The notes beneath the pieces were generated by a model that was not told the origin of the DNA, did no database searches, and saw nothing but the letters and a program-made list of their open reading frames with translations. A stretch of DNA of 64,000 nt from a virus: positions 34,742-98,741 of IMG/VR virus record IMGVR_UViG_3300032268_001383; one strand, written 5' to 3'. The position numbers and the translations under genes are program-made. Below are positions 41,792 to 51,167 of this stretch, piece by piece (within the stretch, counting starts at the first letter, position 1; each line of letters opens with the position of its first letter).

Positions 41792-43357
41792 TTATCTAAG
41801 TCTTTTTCTTTTTTTATTTTCTAAAATTAGTTCTATTTCTCTTAAATAAAGTCCTTGAGATTCTTTAAGATATGGAGAAAGTTGTTTTACGGTTGAAAAA
41901 TCACCCCTATCTAAAGCATCATCAATAAGTTCTTGGATTTCTCTCTTAGACATCTTTGAGTAATCTACTTCTTCAACATCACCAAGTTCTTCAACATCTT
42001 CAATTTCTTCTGGTTCATCTTGAATACCTTTAGTTCTTTGATATTCTTCCCAAGCTACCATTTGTTTATTATATTCTTCTAAATCTTTTTGATATTGTTC
42101 CATCTCGGCGTTATATCTTTCCATCTCTTCGATTGATTCAATGATTTCGTCTATCATACTATCAATTTTTCTTCTTGCAAATGGTTTATTAGAAAGAATA
42201 CCCCTGAATAATTCCAAAAATTCATCAGTTGGCATTGTTTCTTTATCAATTAACTTTTTAAACAATTCTTCTTTAATATTAGGATATTCCTGGATTTTAG
42301 TATTTTTATTTACAAAAGCTCTAAAATCTCTAGCAATTTCAGGTCCATATTTCCAATCTTCTGGTTCATCTTTTGAACCTGTTTCTGAAATTGCTACTTT
42401 AGCAGCTCTTGGATCTGATGGAATACCACCTAAGCTTAAAAGTTCGAATAAACCTTTAACTGATTCATGTAGTAACATCGGAAAATCTATACCTCTTGCT
42501 CTTAAAATAGGAGTGTAATTAAATTGTTCCTCAGCTACAAAATCTGAATATCCCTCCTCATCATAAAATTCTTCTTCGTCACCACCAGTCCATTCCTCTT
42601 CATCACCACCAGTCCATTCTGTGTATTCTTCTTCCTCTTCTTCTATTTCTTCTCTTTCTTTCTCAGTTTTCTTCCATCCATATCCACAAGCCCCTGCTAA
42701 TCCTTCTGGCTGTTCCTCCATCATTTGAGATCTTGAAGTTGTAGGAATCAACCAATCTAATTTATCAGCTGTTTTACTCATTTCATCCCAAATATTAAAG
42801 ATTTCTTCAGCTTTTTGAGTGCCATAAATTTCATTTAAGCCGTCTTTTACTTCTTGGCTATGTAAAATGTGTTTTGTATTTTTAGCCTCACCTTGAATAA
42901 TCAAGTTAGCTATTTTTCTTTTATGAACTTCATTTCTTATATCTTCTTCTGTAACTTCAATAAATTGAGCTTCTGCTTCTGGATTTTCTTCTTCTTCGGA
43001 TTCATCCATGAATTTTTTTATTTGACCTCCACTTTTAAATAACTTTATGTCTAAGTCAATAGAATATCTATCAAGGATCCAACCGAAATTTACTTCCATT
43101 ACCTTTTTTGCTAAATCTTCCAATGCCTTCTCATTACCTTTAACATACTCATTCGACTTAGTCAAAAGTGACATTAATTTTGTTCCTAAACTACCTGTCG
43201 ATTGAGCACCAGTAATTCCCATTCTTTCTTTAGCTCTCTTTTCCACATCACTTAGATAGGGAGACTCATTATCTCTTTCTTCACCTTCACCAGGTATAGC
43301 TGGGTTTCCTTTTATTGTTATTTCTTCTAAAAACTTTTCAAAATCTTTGATTTTCAT
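41792..43357 (-). CDS. acidic hypothetical protein with capsid-targeting-like leader
   Basis: MKIKDFEKFLEE; FPMLLHESVKG (HExxK); tandem EWTGGDEE duplication. Confidence 0.7.
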   Translation of the reverse strand: MKIKDFEKFLEEITIKGNPAIPGEGEERDNESPYLSDVEKRAKERMGITGAQSTGSLGTKLMSLLTKSNEYVKGNEKALEDLAKKVMEVNFGWILDRYSIDLDIKLFKSGGQIKKFMDESEEEENPEAEAQFIEVTEEDIRNEVHKRKIANLIIQGEAKNTKHILHSQEVKDGLNEIYGTQKAEEIFNIWDEMSKTADKLDWLIPTTSRSQMMEEQPEGLAGACGYGWKKTEKEREEIEEEEEEYTEWTGGDEEEWTGGDEEEFYDEEGYSDFVAEEQFNYTPILRARGIDFPMLLHESVKGLFELLSLGGIPSDPRAAKVAISETGSKDEPEDWKYGPEIARDFRAFVNKNTKIQEYPNIKEELFKKLIDKETMPTDEFLELFRGILSNKPFARRKIDSMIDEIIESIEEMERYNAEMEQYQKDLEEYNKQMVAWEEYQRTKGIQDEPEEIEDVEELGDVEEVDYSKMSKREIQELIDDALDRGDFSTVKQLSPYLKESQGLYLREIELILENKKRKRLR

Positions 43358-43359
43358 GA

Positions 43360-43611
43360 TTATTTAATATATTTTTTTACGGATTCACCCATTTCATTTG
43401 TTTCTTCAATAAATCTGTTTACAACATCCATTTCAGTCACAGCTTTTCTTTGTGGTGTTTCTACAGGTTGTGTAATTGTTGGTTGATGAGGTTTAACTGG
43501 AGGTTGAGGTTTTGTGGGAACCTTTGGTTTTACTTTTTCCTTTTCTTTTGGACTTGTAGCAACTGCGGCAGCTTCCTTGAGAAAAGATTTGAATTTTCTA
43601 ATATGTTTCAT
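43360..43611 (-). CDS. small Pro/Lys-rich protein with capsid-targeting-like leader
   Basis: MKHIRKFKSFLKE. Confidence 0.7.
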   Translation of the reverse strand: MKHIRKFKSFLKEAAAVATSPKEKEKVKPKVPTKPQPPVKPHQPTITQPVETPQRKAVTEMDVVNRFIEETNEMGESVKKYIK

Positions 43612-43715
43612 ATAAAGAATAAATTTTAAGTATATATTAAAAAAATAAATCCGGAATTAGACAATTTAAGACTTAATATTTAGAAAAATTAATATATAGA
43701 AAAAAAAGTAATTAT

Positions 43716-44210
43716 ATGAAAAAATTCACAGACTTAAAACCAATAAAGAAAGTAAACGAAGATTTGAAATATTTCAAACCAAAAGTTTCTGAATATAAAC
43801 AGATTTTAGAGGCAGAAAAACCTAAAACAGGGCCTGTTGGATTCTTCTCAAAAATATTCGAAAGTAAAGAATTAGCTCACGTTTATCATTTACAGGTAAA
43901 GGGCGATATGGGCTCACTTGCTAAACACCAAGCTCTCCAAGACTATTATGAAGGTATTTTAGAACCACTTGATGACTTAATTGAACTATATCAAGGTCAG
44001 TTTGGTAAAATCCTACAGGGTTATGATATTATTGATACGACAAAGAATGCTAAAACAGACACAATTGAATATTTCACAGATTTAGGCGATTTTATAAAAA
44101 AGGAAAGATATAAATGTTTTGACAAAGAAGATACACACTATTTTAATATAATAGATGATATACTCGTTATGATTTATAAGCTACTTTATAAACTCAAATT
44201 TACAAAATAA
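43716..44210 (+). CDS. ferritin/Dps-like four-helix protein (DUF5856-like)
   Basis: HVYHLQ...KHQALQDYYE...DDLIELYQG...YKLKF resembles Dps-like ligand spacing. Confidence 0.6.
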   Translation: MKKFTDLKPIKKVNEDLKYFKPKVSEYKQILEAEKPKTGPVGFFSKIFESKELAHVYHLQVKGDMGSLAKHQALQDYYEGILEPLDDLIELYQGQFGKILQGYDIIDTTKNAKTDTIEYFTDLGDFIKKERYKCFDKEDTHYFNIIDDILVMIYKLLYKLKFTK

Positions 44211-44218
44211 ATTTGAAC

Positions 44219-44641
44219 TTAATTCAAAAGAGTTTCTATCTGAATATTTCTAAGATAAGAAACTCTTTCTTTTTTATATAAATCTATCGCACTTATCCAA
44301 TAAGGATTTACAGAAGGATAAGCACTATTGACTGTTAGTGAATCAAATTTGAAAGTAATTTTGTTAGATTCGATTGTAAAATCTTCACCATATAATTCTA
44401 TCTGACTAATAAATTTATCAGTTTTATCATATGATTGTAATATTAAAGAAAAATCTTTTTCACCTATTAGTTTAAGATTTTCATGAAAAAAAATATCTTC
44501 TATTTCTACTACTAATAAATCCTCTTCTTTGGAAGTTGCCTGAAATCTACCCAAATTCACATCAATAATTGACTCATTATCTAAAACTAATAAGTAAGGT
44601 TCACAAAATAAATAAATCTGATAAATAGATTCACTTCTCAT
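44219..44641 (-). CDS. hypothetical protein with C-terminal RxxxIxxLL motif
   Basis: Ends YLRNIQIETLLN. Confidence 0.65.
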   Translation of the reverse strand: MRSESIYQIYLFCEPYLLVLDNESIIDVNLGRFQATSKEEDLLVVEIEDIFFHENLKLIGEKDFSLILQSYDKTDKFISQIELYGEDFTIESNKITFKFDSLTVNSAYPSVNPYWISAIDLYKKERVSYLRNIQIETLLN

Positions 44642-44643
44642 TA

Positions 44644-44949
44644 CTAATAAATAAATTTTTCACCAGAATCATTATAATCTTTCAATTGATTATTTACCTG
44701 GTCTAGTAATCCCAACATATCAGAAATTTTAGTTTCGATTGTTTTTAAATTAAGGTGAGCATCATCTATTTGGTTATTAGAAGATTTAGAATTTGATAAA
44801 AAGTTAGAAAGTGTTTCAACAATGGATGAAACACTTTTTTTACCAGAATCCATATCCTCACTTATTCGAGTAATTTTATTCATCATTTCTTCAAGTGTTT
44901 CATTTGAAAGCTGTAGTTGTTCTGTCGCTTCGGTAAACTTTCTTATCAT
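44644..44949 (-). CDS. small coiled-coil protein
   Basis: 101 aa, heptad pattern; leader MIRKFTE. Confidence 0.65.
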   Translation of the reverse strand: MIRKFTEATEQLQLSNETLEEMMNKITRISEDMDSGKKSVSSIVETLSNFLSNSKSSNNQIDDAHLNLKTIETKISDMLGLLDQVNNQLKDYNDSGEKFIY

Positions 44950-44965
44950 TTTGAGATTTATTTTT

Positions 44966-44979
44966 TTAATATATATTAA
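44966..44979. promoter_or_regulatory. palindromic (bidirectional) copy of the TTAATATATA putative late promoter
   Basis: TTAATATATATTAA between divergent genes starting at 44949(-) and 44982(+). Confidence 0.65.
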
Positions 44980-44981
44980 AT

Positions 44982-45656
44982 ATGAAACGTAACAAATTAA
45001 TTCTTGAATTTACTGAATTTAATGCCCAAAGGTTGAATCCTGATTCTACACAAATGGCAGTCCATGTGGATAACCCAAGTTTATCGATAAATGCTTTCGA
45101 TAAACACGAAGATGGATTAAGGGCAGGTATGTCCAAAATAAACAATATTTTAAATTCATTGTCGAACACGGCTAGTTTTCGTTCCTTAAAGTCCAAATTT
45201 GCCTTAGAAGAACAAAATTTAACTTCACTAAAAGTCCTTAGGATAGTAAGTAGAGACAGTGTGAGATGGGATGCTTATGTTAGCTTTGTAATCGATGTGG
45301 AAGAGTATTATGGTGAGATTACAGATATACTTTCTGAATTACCGAGTTTTAAATCTGAAGTTTTTAAAGATTCGGATTTAGTTCAAACAAAAGAATGGAT
45401 TATAAAAACTAAAGGAATGATTATAAAATTAGTAAAACTTTGGTTGTACCCAGAAAAAGGTAAATATAAATTAATTAATCCACAACTAATTTGTTATTCA
45501 AGAGTAACTGGAAAAATGTCTGTCATTACTTCAGGTGCTGAAATTGAAGTCATTAAGGCATTTGATAACAAAATTGTAATATCCTATAAAGATGAATATT
45601 ACAATTTGATTGGTGATAATTTTGTTTATTTCAATTATTGGTTTGAAAAGATATAG
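44982..45656 (+). CDS. hypothetical protein
   Basis: 224-aa ORF. Confidence 0.7.
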   Translation: MKRNKLILEFTEFNAQRLNPDSTQMAVHVDNPSLSINAFDKHEDGLRAGMSKINNILNSLSNTASFRSLKSKFALEEQNLTSLKVLRIVSRDSVRWDAYVSFVIDVEEYYGEITDILSELPSFKSEVFKDSDLVQTKEWIIKTKGMIIKLVKLWLYPEKGKYKLINPQLICYSRVTGKMSVITSGAEIEVIKAFDNKIVISYKDEYYNLIGDNFVYFNYWFEKI

Positions 45657-45663
45657 TAAAATT

Positions 45664-47385
45664 TTAAGAACTAGAACCCGGAACCACCGTGGGGTTGGCG
45701 GGTACGACTGGTGTTGGTGTTGATGTCCCAGCTTTATATGTAATCGTTCCTCTAAATTTATTTCCACTAATAATATTCGATCCTACTAAAAATGGGTACC
45801 CAACATATAGTGATCCATTATACAGAACGTTGGTTGTTCTAATTCTAACCCAAAAATCATTAGTGGAAGATATATCCGTAGCGCTACCGCCAGTTGTGTC
45901 AATCTGAAAAACTTCTGTTACCGTTGGATAAAAATTGCCTAATGTAGAGTTCCCTCCAAATCCAGAAGATATACTCGTTGTAGCAGGTTTAAATCTTTCT
46001 CCGCTTAATTTGAACATAATTCCTAAAAAATTTGTACCAGAGTATGATATAGTACTAGTAGTCTCAATCTCAAAACTTAAATTTACAATAGCTCCAACTC
46101 TGTATGCCGAAATACTATACGTAAAATTGCTCAAGGAAGTAGTGTTTGAGAAGGTTCCCGAATTCGTAGAATAATAAACGGTGGAATTAGGAGTGAGTAA
46201 AGTAGATGACTCATAATTAGTAATTTGACCCTCACCGTAAACTGTCAAATCATTATCACCAAATACGGATAAATCACCTACAACATTTGTTTTACCTAAG
46301 GTATTTTCATTACCGGTGCTATAAAAACTGGTGGTTCCACCTACTCTAATTCCAAAACTATTTATTGGATTCGTAGTGATATCTCGAAATGTGTATAAAT
46401 ACGTATTAGTTAAGTCATTTAAATCATATCTTCGTGCGGTAACTCTATTTGTTGAGCTCACAGTACCAGCTGTTACAATTAAACCAGTGATTGTGTTATT
46501 ACTGTTTATAGTACCATTTACATCTAATGTGGCTGAAGGATTGGTTGTCTTAATACCAACTCTACCGGATTGAGTAGCAGTTGTAAAAATAGTAGTAACA
46601 AAATTATTATCACTGGTTCCAGCAAACCTATTTTGAATCTGTAATTCATCTTTAGTTTGTATTATCTTAGAAGATCCGTGGGATTGTGAAAAAGAATTCT
46701 CAACGCCTGTGTAGTACCAATTATATCCAATCACCGATGACCCACCTCTATGTATTACTAAGGGTTGAGCCAAACTTAATGAATTTGACGCTGTCCCTAT
46801 TTGAAAGTATTCTTTTGGATCGATAGTTCCAATGCCAATTTTTCCATCTGAACTAATTCTCAGACTTTCTTTCAAGCTCGCACCAAACCCCGTTGAAAAG
46901 GCTAAAGCGCCCGGTCTTGTATCTGGTCTAACTGGATTAAATGATATAAAAGCACTATCAACTATACTCGACCCATTAAAATATTTGAATTGTTGTCTGA
47001 ACTCAGTACCTCGAAAACCAAGTGTTGGTTCGATTGTATGTCTTACAAAGTTATTATACAAATATGACTTAGTTAAAATATCAGCATCTGTTTTCCAAAC
47101 TAAATCATAAGATTGGCTACCAACAATATTTGACGTGGTTCCAAAATCTACAAAAGTATCTCCAATTAAACTACCGCTACCACCATAGATACCCCCTCTT
47201 TCTTCAACAATCCAAGTACTGCCATTCCAAGTATATGTTAATTGATTATCTGTTTGGTAAACTTTTAAACCCTCATATTTATATACTATGTTATTTCTAC
47301 TAGTGGAATTTGTAGCAACTAGTCTGGAATCTATAGGAACTGATTGGTTTACATCAAAATTTGTTATTATACTTATGCCAGGCAT
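45664..47385 (-). CDS. tail fibre-like protein
   Basis: PIDSRLV...YEGLKVY N-terminal module; LRISSDGKIGIGTIDP and GRVGIKTTNPSATLDVNG repeats typical of fibre shafts. Confidence 0.75.
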   Translation of the reverse strand: MPGISIITNFDVNQSVPIDSRLVATNSTSRNNIVYKYEGLKVYQTDNQLTYTWNGSTWIVEERGGIYGGSGSLIGDTFVDFGTTSNIVGSQSYDLVWKTDADILTKSYLYNNFVRHTIEPTLGFRGTEFRQQFKYFNGSSIVDSAFISFNPVRPDTRPGALAFSTGFGASLKESLRISSDGKIGIGTIDPKEYFQIGTASNSLSLAQPLVIHRGGSSVIGYNWYYTGVENSFSQSHGSSKIIQTKDELQIQNRFAGTSDNNFVTTIFTTATQSGRVGIKTTNPSATLDVNGTINSNNTITGLIVTAGTVSSTNRVTARRYDLNDLTNTYLYTFRDITTNPINSFGIRVGGTTSFYSTGNENTLGKTNVVGDLSVFGDNDLTVYGEGQITNYESSTLLTPNSTVYYSTNSGTFSNTTSLSNFTYSISAYRVGAIVNLSFEIETTSTISYSGTNFLGIMFKLSGERFKPATTSISSGFGGNSTLGNFYPTVTEVFQIDTTGGSATDISSTNDFWVRIRTTNVLYNGSLYVGYPFLVGSNIISGNKFRGTITYKAGTSTPTPVVPANPTVVPGSSS

Positions 47386-47401
47386 TTTAATTATTTATTT
47401 T

Positions 47402-49099
47402 TTATCCAAAATTAAATTGATAGTTTTCACTATATAGTGGAGTTGAACCTATTTGTGTTGGTATTGGTGAAGAAGAACCTGTTGGTGCACCCACAAATAT
47501 ATAAAATTTATAGTCTCTGTTTGTCCATCTACCTGGATGAGGAGAAGTCACATTTGTTACTATGAATTTCATGAATGAAGGTGTTACATCATATAAGTTT
47601 TGATCTAATATTGTTACTAAATCTGGAAATTCAGCTGGATATCCAAAGTATAAGTAAGCATTGTTCGACGAACTCGCAAAAAGTCCTAAAGTAGAAAGAT
47701 TTACTGTTTTATTATATGATGATGTGGCTACCAAAACTGGTTCAGTTAATAGTGGTGTGAGATAACCCGAAACAGGGTTAGATGATGTTCCTAAAATTCC
47801 ATTAATTGTATTCAAACCAATATTTTGCGTAGCTGATATAGTAGCCGTTCCATAATACCAAGGTGTCACGGCGAGTAAACTTGCAGTTGCAACCAAACTC
47901 GTTGGATAACTATCAGCCAAATTAACTGCATAATCATATCCTATATAACTTTGAGTTGTAGCAAAATATACACCCGAACTAAATGGTGCGTCAAAGGAAT
48001 AAATGTTTATACCATTCGGAATAGAAGGTCCAGGGACTAAGAAGCCAGGTATAAAAGGTGTTGGTACATAAGGATTTATAGTTCCAGAGTCAACTCTAGT
48101 AAAAAAGTTTGGTCCTGTTATAATACTATAGGTTGCATTTTTATAAACCGAAATTGAGAACTTCAGATTTGTAGAAGCTTCTAAATCATTTCCAATTTCC
48201 CATAATGTATTAGACAATTGTATTGTCAATTCTGGTGCAATATAAGGATAAAGTATTTGACGAATCATTTCTGTTACGGGCACATTACTGAAAGTAGAAC
48301 CAGCAGGAATTCCCCCAATTGCAACCGGAGTAGGTACAGTTGAACTAAAATTTATAGGTAACCCATTCAAAATCACAGGATTACCGCTAATAGTCACGGA
48401 TCCAGTTGAACTCAAACTTGTTATAGACGCTGTTACCGGAGCTTCCCAGACAGCATAGGGTTGAGAACCAATATATTTATATTTCAATATATAGTCTTGT
48501 TGTGGTAAACCAACTGTGTTTTGAGCAAAAGTCGGCCAATTCATTCCATTCAAAACTACATTTCCATTTTCACTATAAATACTGATATTTCCACCATAAG
48601 CAGTAAGACCGTTAGTGTAATAGGATGAATTTCTGATTTCAAAATCAATTGTATTTGCAAATGGTGAATTATTAACAATAAAAGACCTGAGATAAGGTGT
48701 GGTTAACTGACCTGACTGGAAGTTTGACCCTGTTCCTGCTAAAAAGGCGACTTTGGTATTCTGTAAACCAGTAGATTGAGTTTTTGTATTATAAAAAAAT
48801 ACATCAACATCAGTAAAATTTAAAAGATTATTTGTTAATACGGGTGCGCCACCTATTTCTTTTTTTCCAATAAGAATTTTCTTTTGTATAAAGTTTTGAT
48901 CTAAACCTATGTATTCTGTTCCCCCAGAATTTTGAGTAGGCTTAAACATAATATTTTCCCAAAGAGTATAAATAGCATTTCTAACATCTATTGGGGCAAT
49001 CAACTTTGATGTATTATCTCTTAAACCGAAAAATACATCATTTAAATCCTGTAATTTAGTTGCGTTTGTAGGTGGAGTACCAATGCTATATGTCGACAT
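47402..49099 (-). CDS. putative virion structural protein
   Basis: 565 aa, Thr/Ser/Asn-rich, co-oriented with the tail fibre, late-type motif upstream. Confidence 0.6.
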   Translation of the reverse strand: MSTYSIGTPPTNATKLQDLNDVFFGLRDNTSKLIAPIDVRNAIYTLWENIMFKPTQNSGGTEYIGLDQNFIQKKILIGKKEIGGAPVLTNNLLNFTDVDVFFYNTKTQSTGLQNTKVAFLAGTGSNFQSGQLTTPYLRSFIVNNSPFANTIDFEIRNSSYYTNGLTAYGGNISIYSENGNVVLNGMNWPTFAQNTVGLPQQDYILKYKYIGSQPYAVWEAPVTASITSLSSTGSVTISGNPVILNGLPINFSSTVPTPVAIGGIPAGSTFSNVPVTEMIRQILYPYIAPELTIQLSNTLWEIGNDLEASTNLKFSISVYKNATYSIITGPNFFTRVDSGTINPYVPTPFIPGFLVPGPSIPNGINIYSFDAPFSSGVYFATTQSYIGYDYAVNLADSYPTSLVATASLLAVTPWYYGTATISATQNIGLNTINGILGTSSNPVSGYLTPLLTEPVLVATSSYNKTVNLSTLGLFASSSNNAYLYFGYPAEFPDLVTILDQNLYDVTPSFMKFIVTNVTSPHPGRWTNRDYKFYIFVGAPTGSSSPIPTQIGSTPLYSENYQFNFG

Positions 49100-49152
49100 T
49101 AAATATTTTAATAGTTTTTATTATATATTAAAATATGAAGTTCTGAATTAAC

Positions 49153-49551
49153 CTAATTAAATAGAAATTCAATTTGCATCAATTCTTTTACCTTTATTGT
49201 TTCTAAATTCAGATCATCAAAATCGATCTTTTCATAACCAACTTCATTTTCAATATTCATTAATTCAAACATAGCTCTATTGAAAGATTCAGAATCTTTT
49301 ACCTTTACTGCACCAGGTATTATATCTCCGGTATCGTCAGTAGCTAGAACTGGATCTCCATTCTCATCTCGTTCTAAGTTTTTATCTAAAATCTTCTTCT
49401 CTAACTTTAATTTATCATCAACAAGTGAAGAAATCTCTTTCATAATTTTCATTAATCTAAAAGCTAATTTAGCGTTAATATCCATATCCATTAACTTATT
49501 TAGTACTGTCAATGTTTCGGTATTTAATTGTGAGTTTTTAATTACTATCAT
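49153..49551 (-). CDS. hypothetical phage protein (DUF1617-like helical protein)
   Basis: KLAFRLMKIMKEI...ERDENGDPV pattern; family assignment tentative. Confidence 0.55.
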   Translation of the reverse strand: MIVIKNSQLNTETLTVLNKLMDMDINAKLAFRLMKIMKEISSLVDDKLKLEKKILDKNLERDENGDPVLATDDTGDIIPGAVKVKDSESFNRAMFELMNIENEVGYEKIDFDDLNLETIKVKELMQIEFLFN

Positions 49552-49563
49552 AATTTTTAAATT

Positions 49564-50283
49564 TTATTTATTTTGAAATATCTTTTCTAATCTACTTTGA
49601 CTTAATTCAAAATATTTTTCATCCTTTTCTATACAGATCCAATCTCTACCGTTTTTCTGAGCAGCAACAGCAGTTGTGGAGGTACCAGAGAAAACATCCA
49701 ATACCAAATCACCAATATTTGAATGTTTTAAGATTAAAGATTCAATTAGTGCTAGTGGCTTTTGTGTAGGGTGACTCAATCTTTCTTTTCCGTGACATAT
49801 TGGAAATTTATAAACACCATTATCATATTCTGAATTGAATGTAGGTTTTCCACCCTTTACAAAAGTGAAAAAATATTCAGTGCAGTTAGATAAATAGTTT
49901 ATTTTAGAGTTAATTGGAACTGGATTAGTTTTAATCCAACTACAAATTCTTGGTTGTTTGAAATTATATTTTATAGAAAATTCTTTAAGCTCAGTTGATT
50001 TCCAAATATCATAAAATATGATAAGTGTACCACCTTTCTTTAAGACTCTCCAGAAATTTGAGAATAAAAAATCCCAATTCAGTTCCTCTTTATCCCATTC
50101 ACCGAAATCTATCGATATATTATATTTTGTCCTCATTTCATCTGGTGTAGAATCTGAGAATTTTTTGAAATTAGAGTCTCTTGAAATTAGATAAGGTGGG
50201 TCGATTATGATTAAATCTATCGATTCTTTTTGAATTTGGGGTAAAATATGGCAACAATCTGCCAAAATAATCTGATTCACCAT
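49564..50283 (-). CDS. N4-C/N6-A DNA methyltransferase (beta class), orphan
   Basis: IDLIIIDPPY, HPTQKP, VLDVFSGTST. Confidence 0.92.
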   Translation of the reverse strand: MVNQIILADCCHILPQIQKESIDLIIIDPPYLISRDSNFKKFSDSTPDEMRTKYNISIDFGEWDKEELNWDFLFSNFWRVLKKGGTLIIFYDIWKSTELKEFSIKYNFKQPRICSWIKTNPVPINSKINYLSNCTEYFFTFVKGGKPTFNSEYDNGVYKFPICHGKERLSHPTQKPLALIESLILKHSNIGDLVLDVFSGTSTTAVAAQKNGRDWICIEKDEKYFELSQSRLEKIFQNK

Positions 50284-50311
50284 ATCATATATATGGTGAA
50301 TCAGATTCTAC

Positions 50312-51085
50312 CTACCTTTCTTTCCAAATAGTTTGTAAATCAATTTTAGTTTTAATTTCTAAAATATCATTGTCAACTTTTAGACTATAACCTACGATTT
50401 TTGTAAATTTATTAACGATCCCCTTGATTACAAGTCTCTCAGATTCTTCTATGTCATAATTAAATATCTGGAAAAGGTTTTCAAGTTCTTCCTGACTCAA
50501 ATAGCCCTTATTTCCTACAAAAAAAATAAAATCATAAAATTGATTGTTTAAATCATTACCCTCTCTTATTTTATGTGCTAAAAATAGAGTTAGACAATTC
50601 TCAACACCAATTGAAGGGAGCGAAAACCTATAGTTATCTACTAGTATTTCAAGTGTTTCTTCATCAATTGTATATTTCGAGAAGTCAAAATAATTGAAAT
50701 TTTGGCTAGAGAAAATTATAGACTCATCCCTACCAGTTTTTTCATTAAAATAGGGCACTGAAATACTCTTATTAGTAGTAAACTTAACGATTTCTAAAAA
50801 GATAAAGACTAAATCTACACTCTTCAAATCCTCGAAAGAATAGGGCTTTGAAATTATCGTGTTATATCTAACTATTTTTTTTAAAGATTCAACTATTAGA
50901 AATAGATTTTCTTTATCATAATTATGCTCATAGTCAATAATATGCTCCAAATCTGCTTTTTTAATCCTTAACTCGAAATCATTTGGGTAGAACTTACCTT
51001 GAGAGGGCAATTTACACAAATCAATTTTCTTTGATGTATTAACTAATCCCCTGAACAAATTAAGTATACTTTCAATCACTAACAT
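50312..51085 (-). CDS. putative baseplate hub assembly protein (T4 gp26-like)
   Basis: LPSQGKFYP...DLKSVDLVFIFLEI pattern. Confidence 0.55.
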   Translation of the reverse strand: MLVIESILNLFRGLVNTSKKIDLCKLPSQGKFYPNDFELRIKKADLEHIIDYEHNYDKENLFLIVESLKKIVRYNTIISKPYSFEDLKSVDLVFIFLEIVKFTTNKSISVPYFNEKTGRDESIIFSSQNFNYFDFSKYTIDEETLEILVDNYRFSLPSIGVENCLTLFLAHKIREGNDLNNQFYDFIFFVGNKGYLSQEELENLFQIFNYDIEESERLVIKGIVNKFTKIVGYSLKVDNDILEIKTKIDLQTIWKER

Positions 51086-51126
51086 TTACTTTTTTTATTA
51101 TTATATATTTAAAATGAATTTTGTCT

Positions 51127-51167
51127 AAAAAAATTAGAAAGTATTCTCTTGGAATCCTTTCTAATTT
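51127..51167 (-). terminator. intrinsic terminator after the Ro60/TROVE gene
   Basis: aaattagaaag/ctttctaattt stem plus U-tract on the minus strand. Confidence 0.6.

Noticed and set aside
18228-50283. Restriction-modification systems around the two methyltransferases
   Set aside because: No adjacent restriction endonuclease is recognisable; orphan protective methylases are ordinary in large phages
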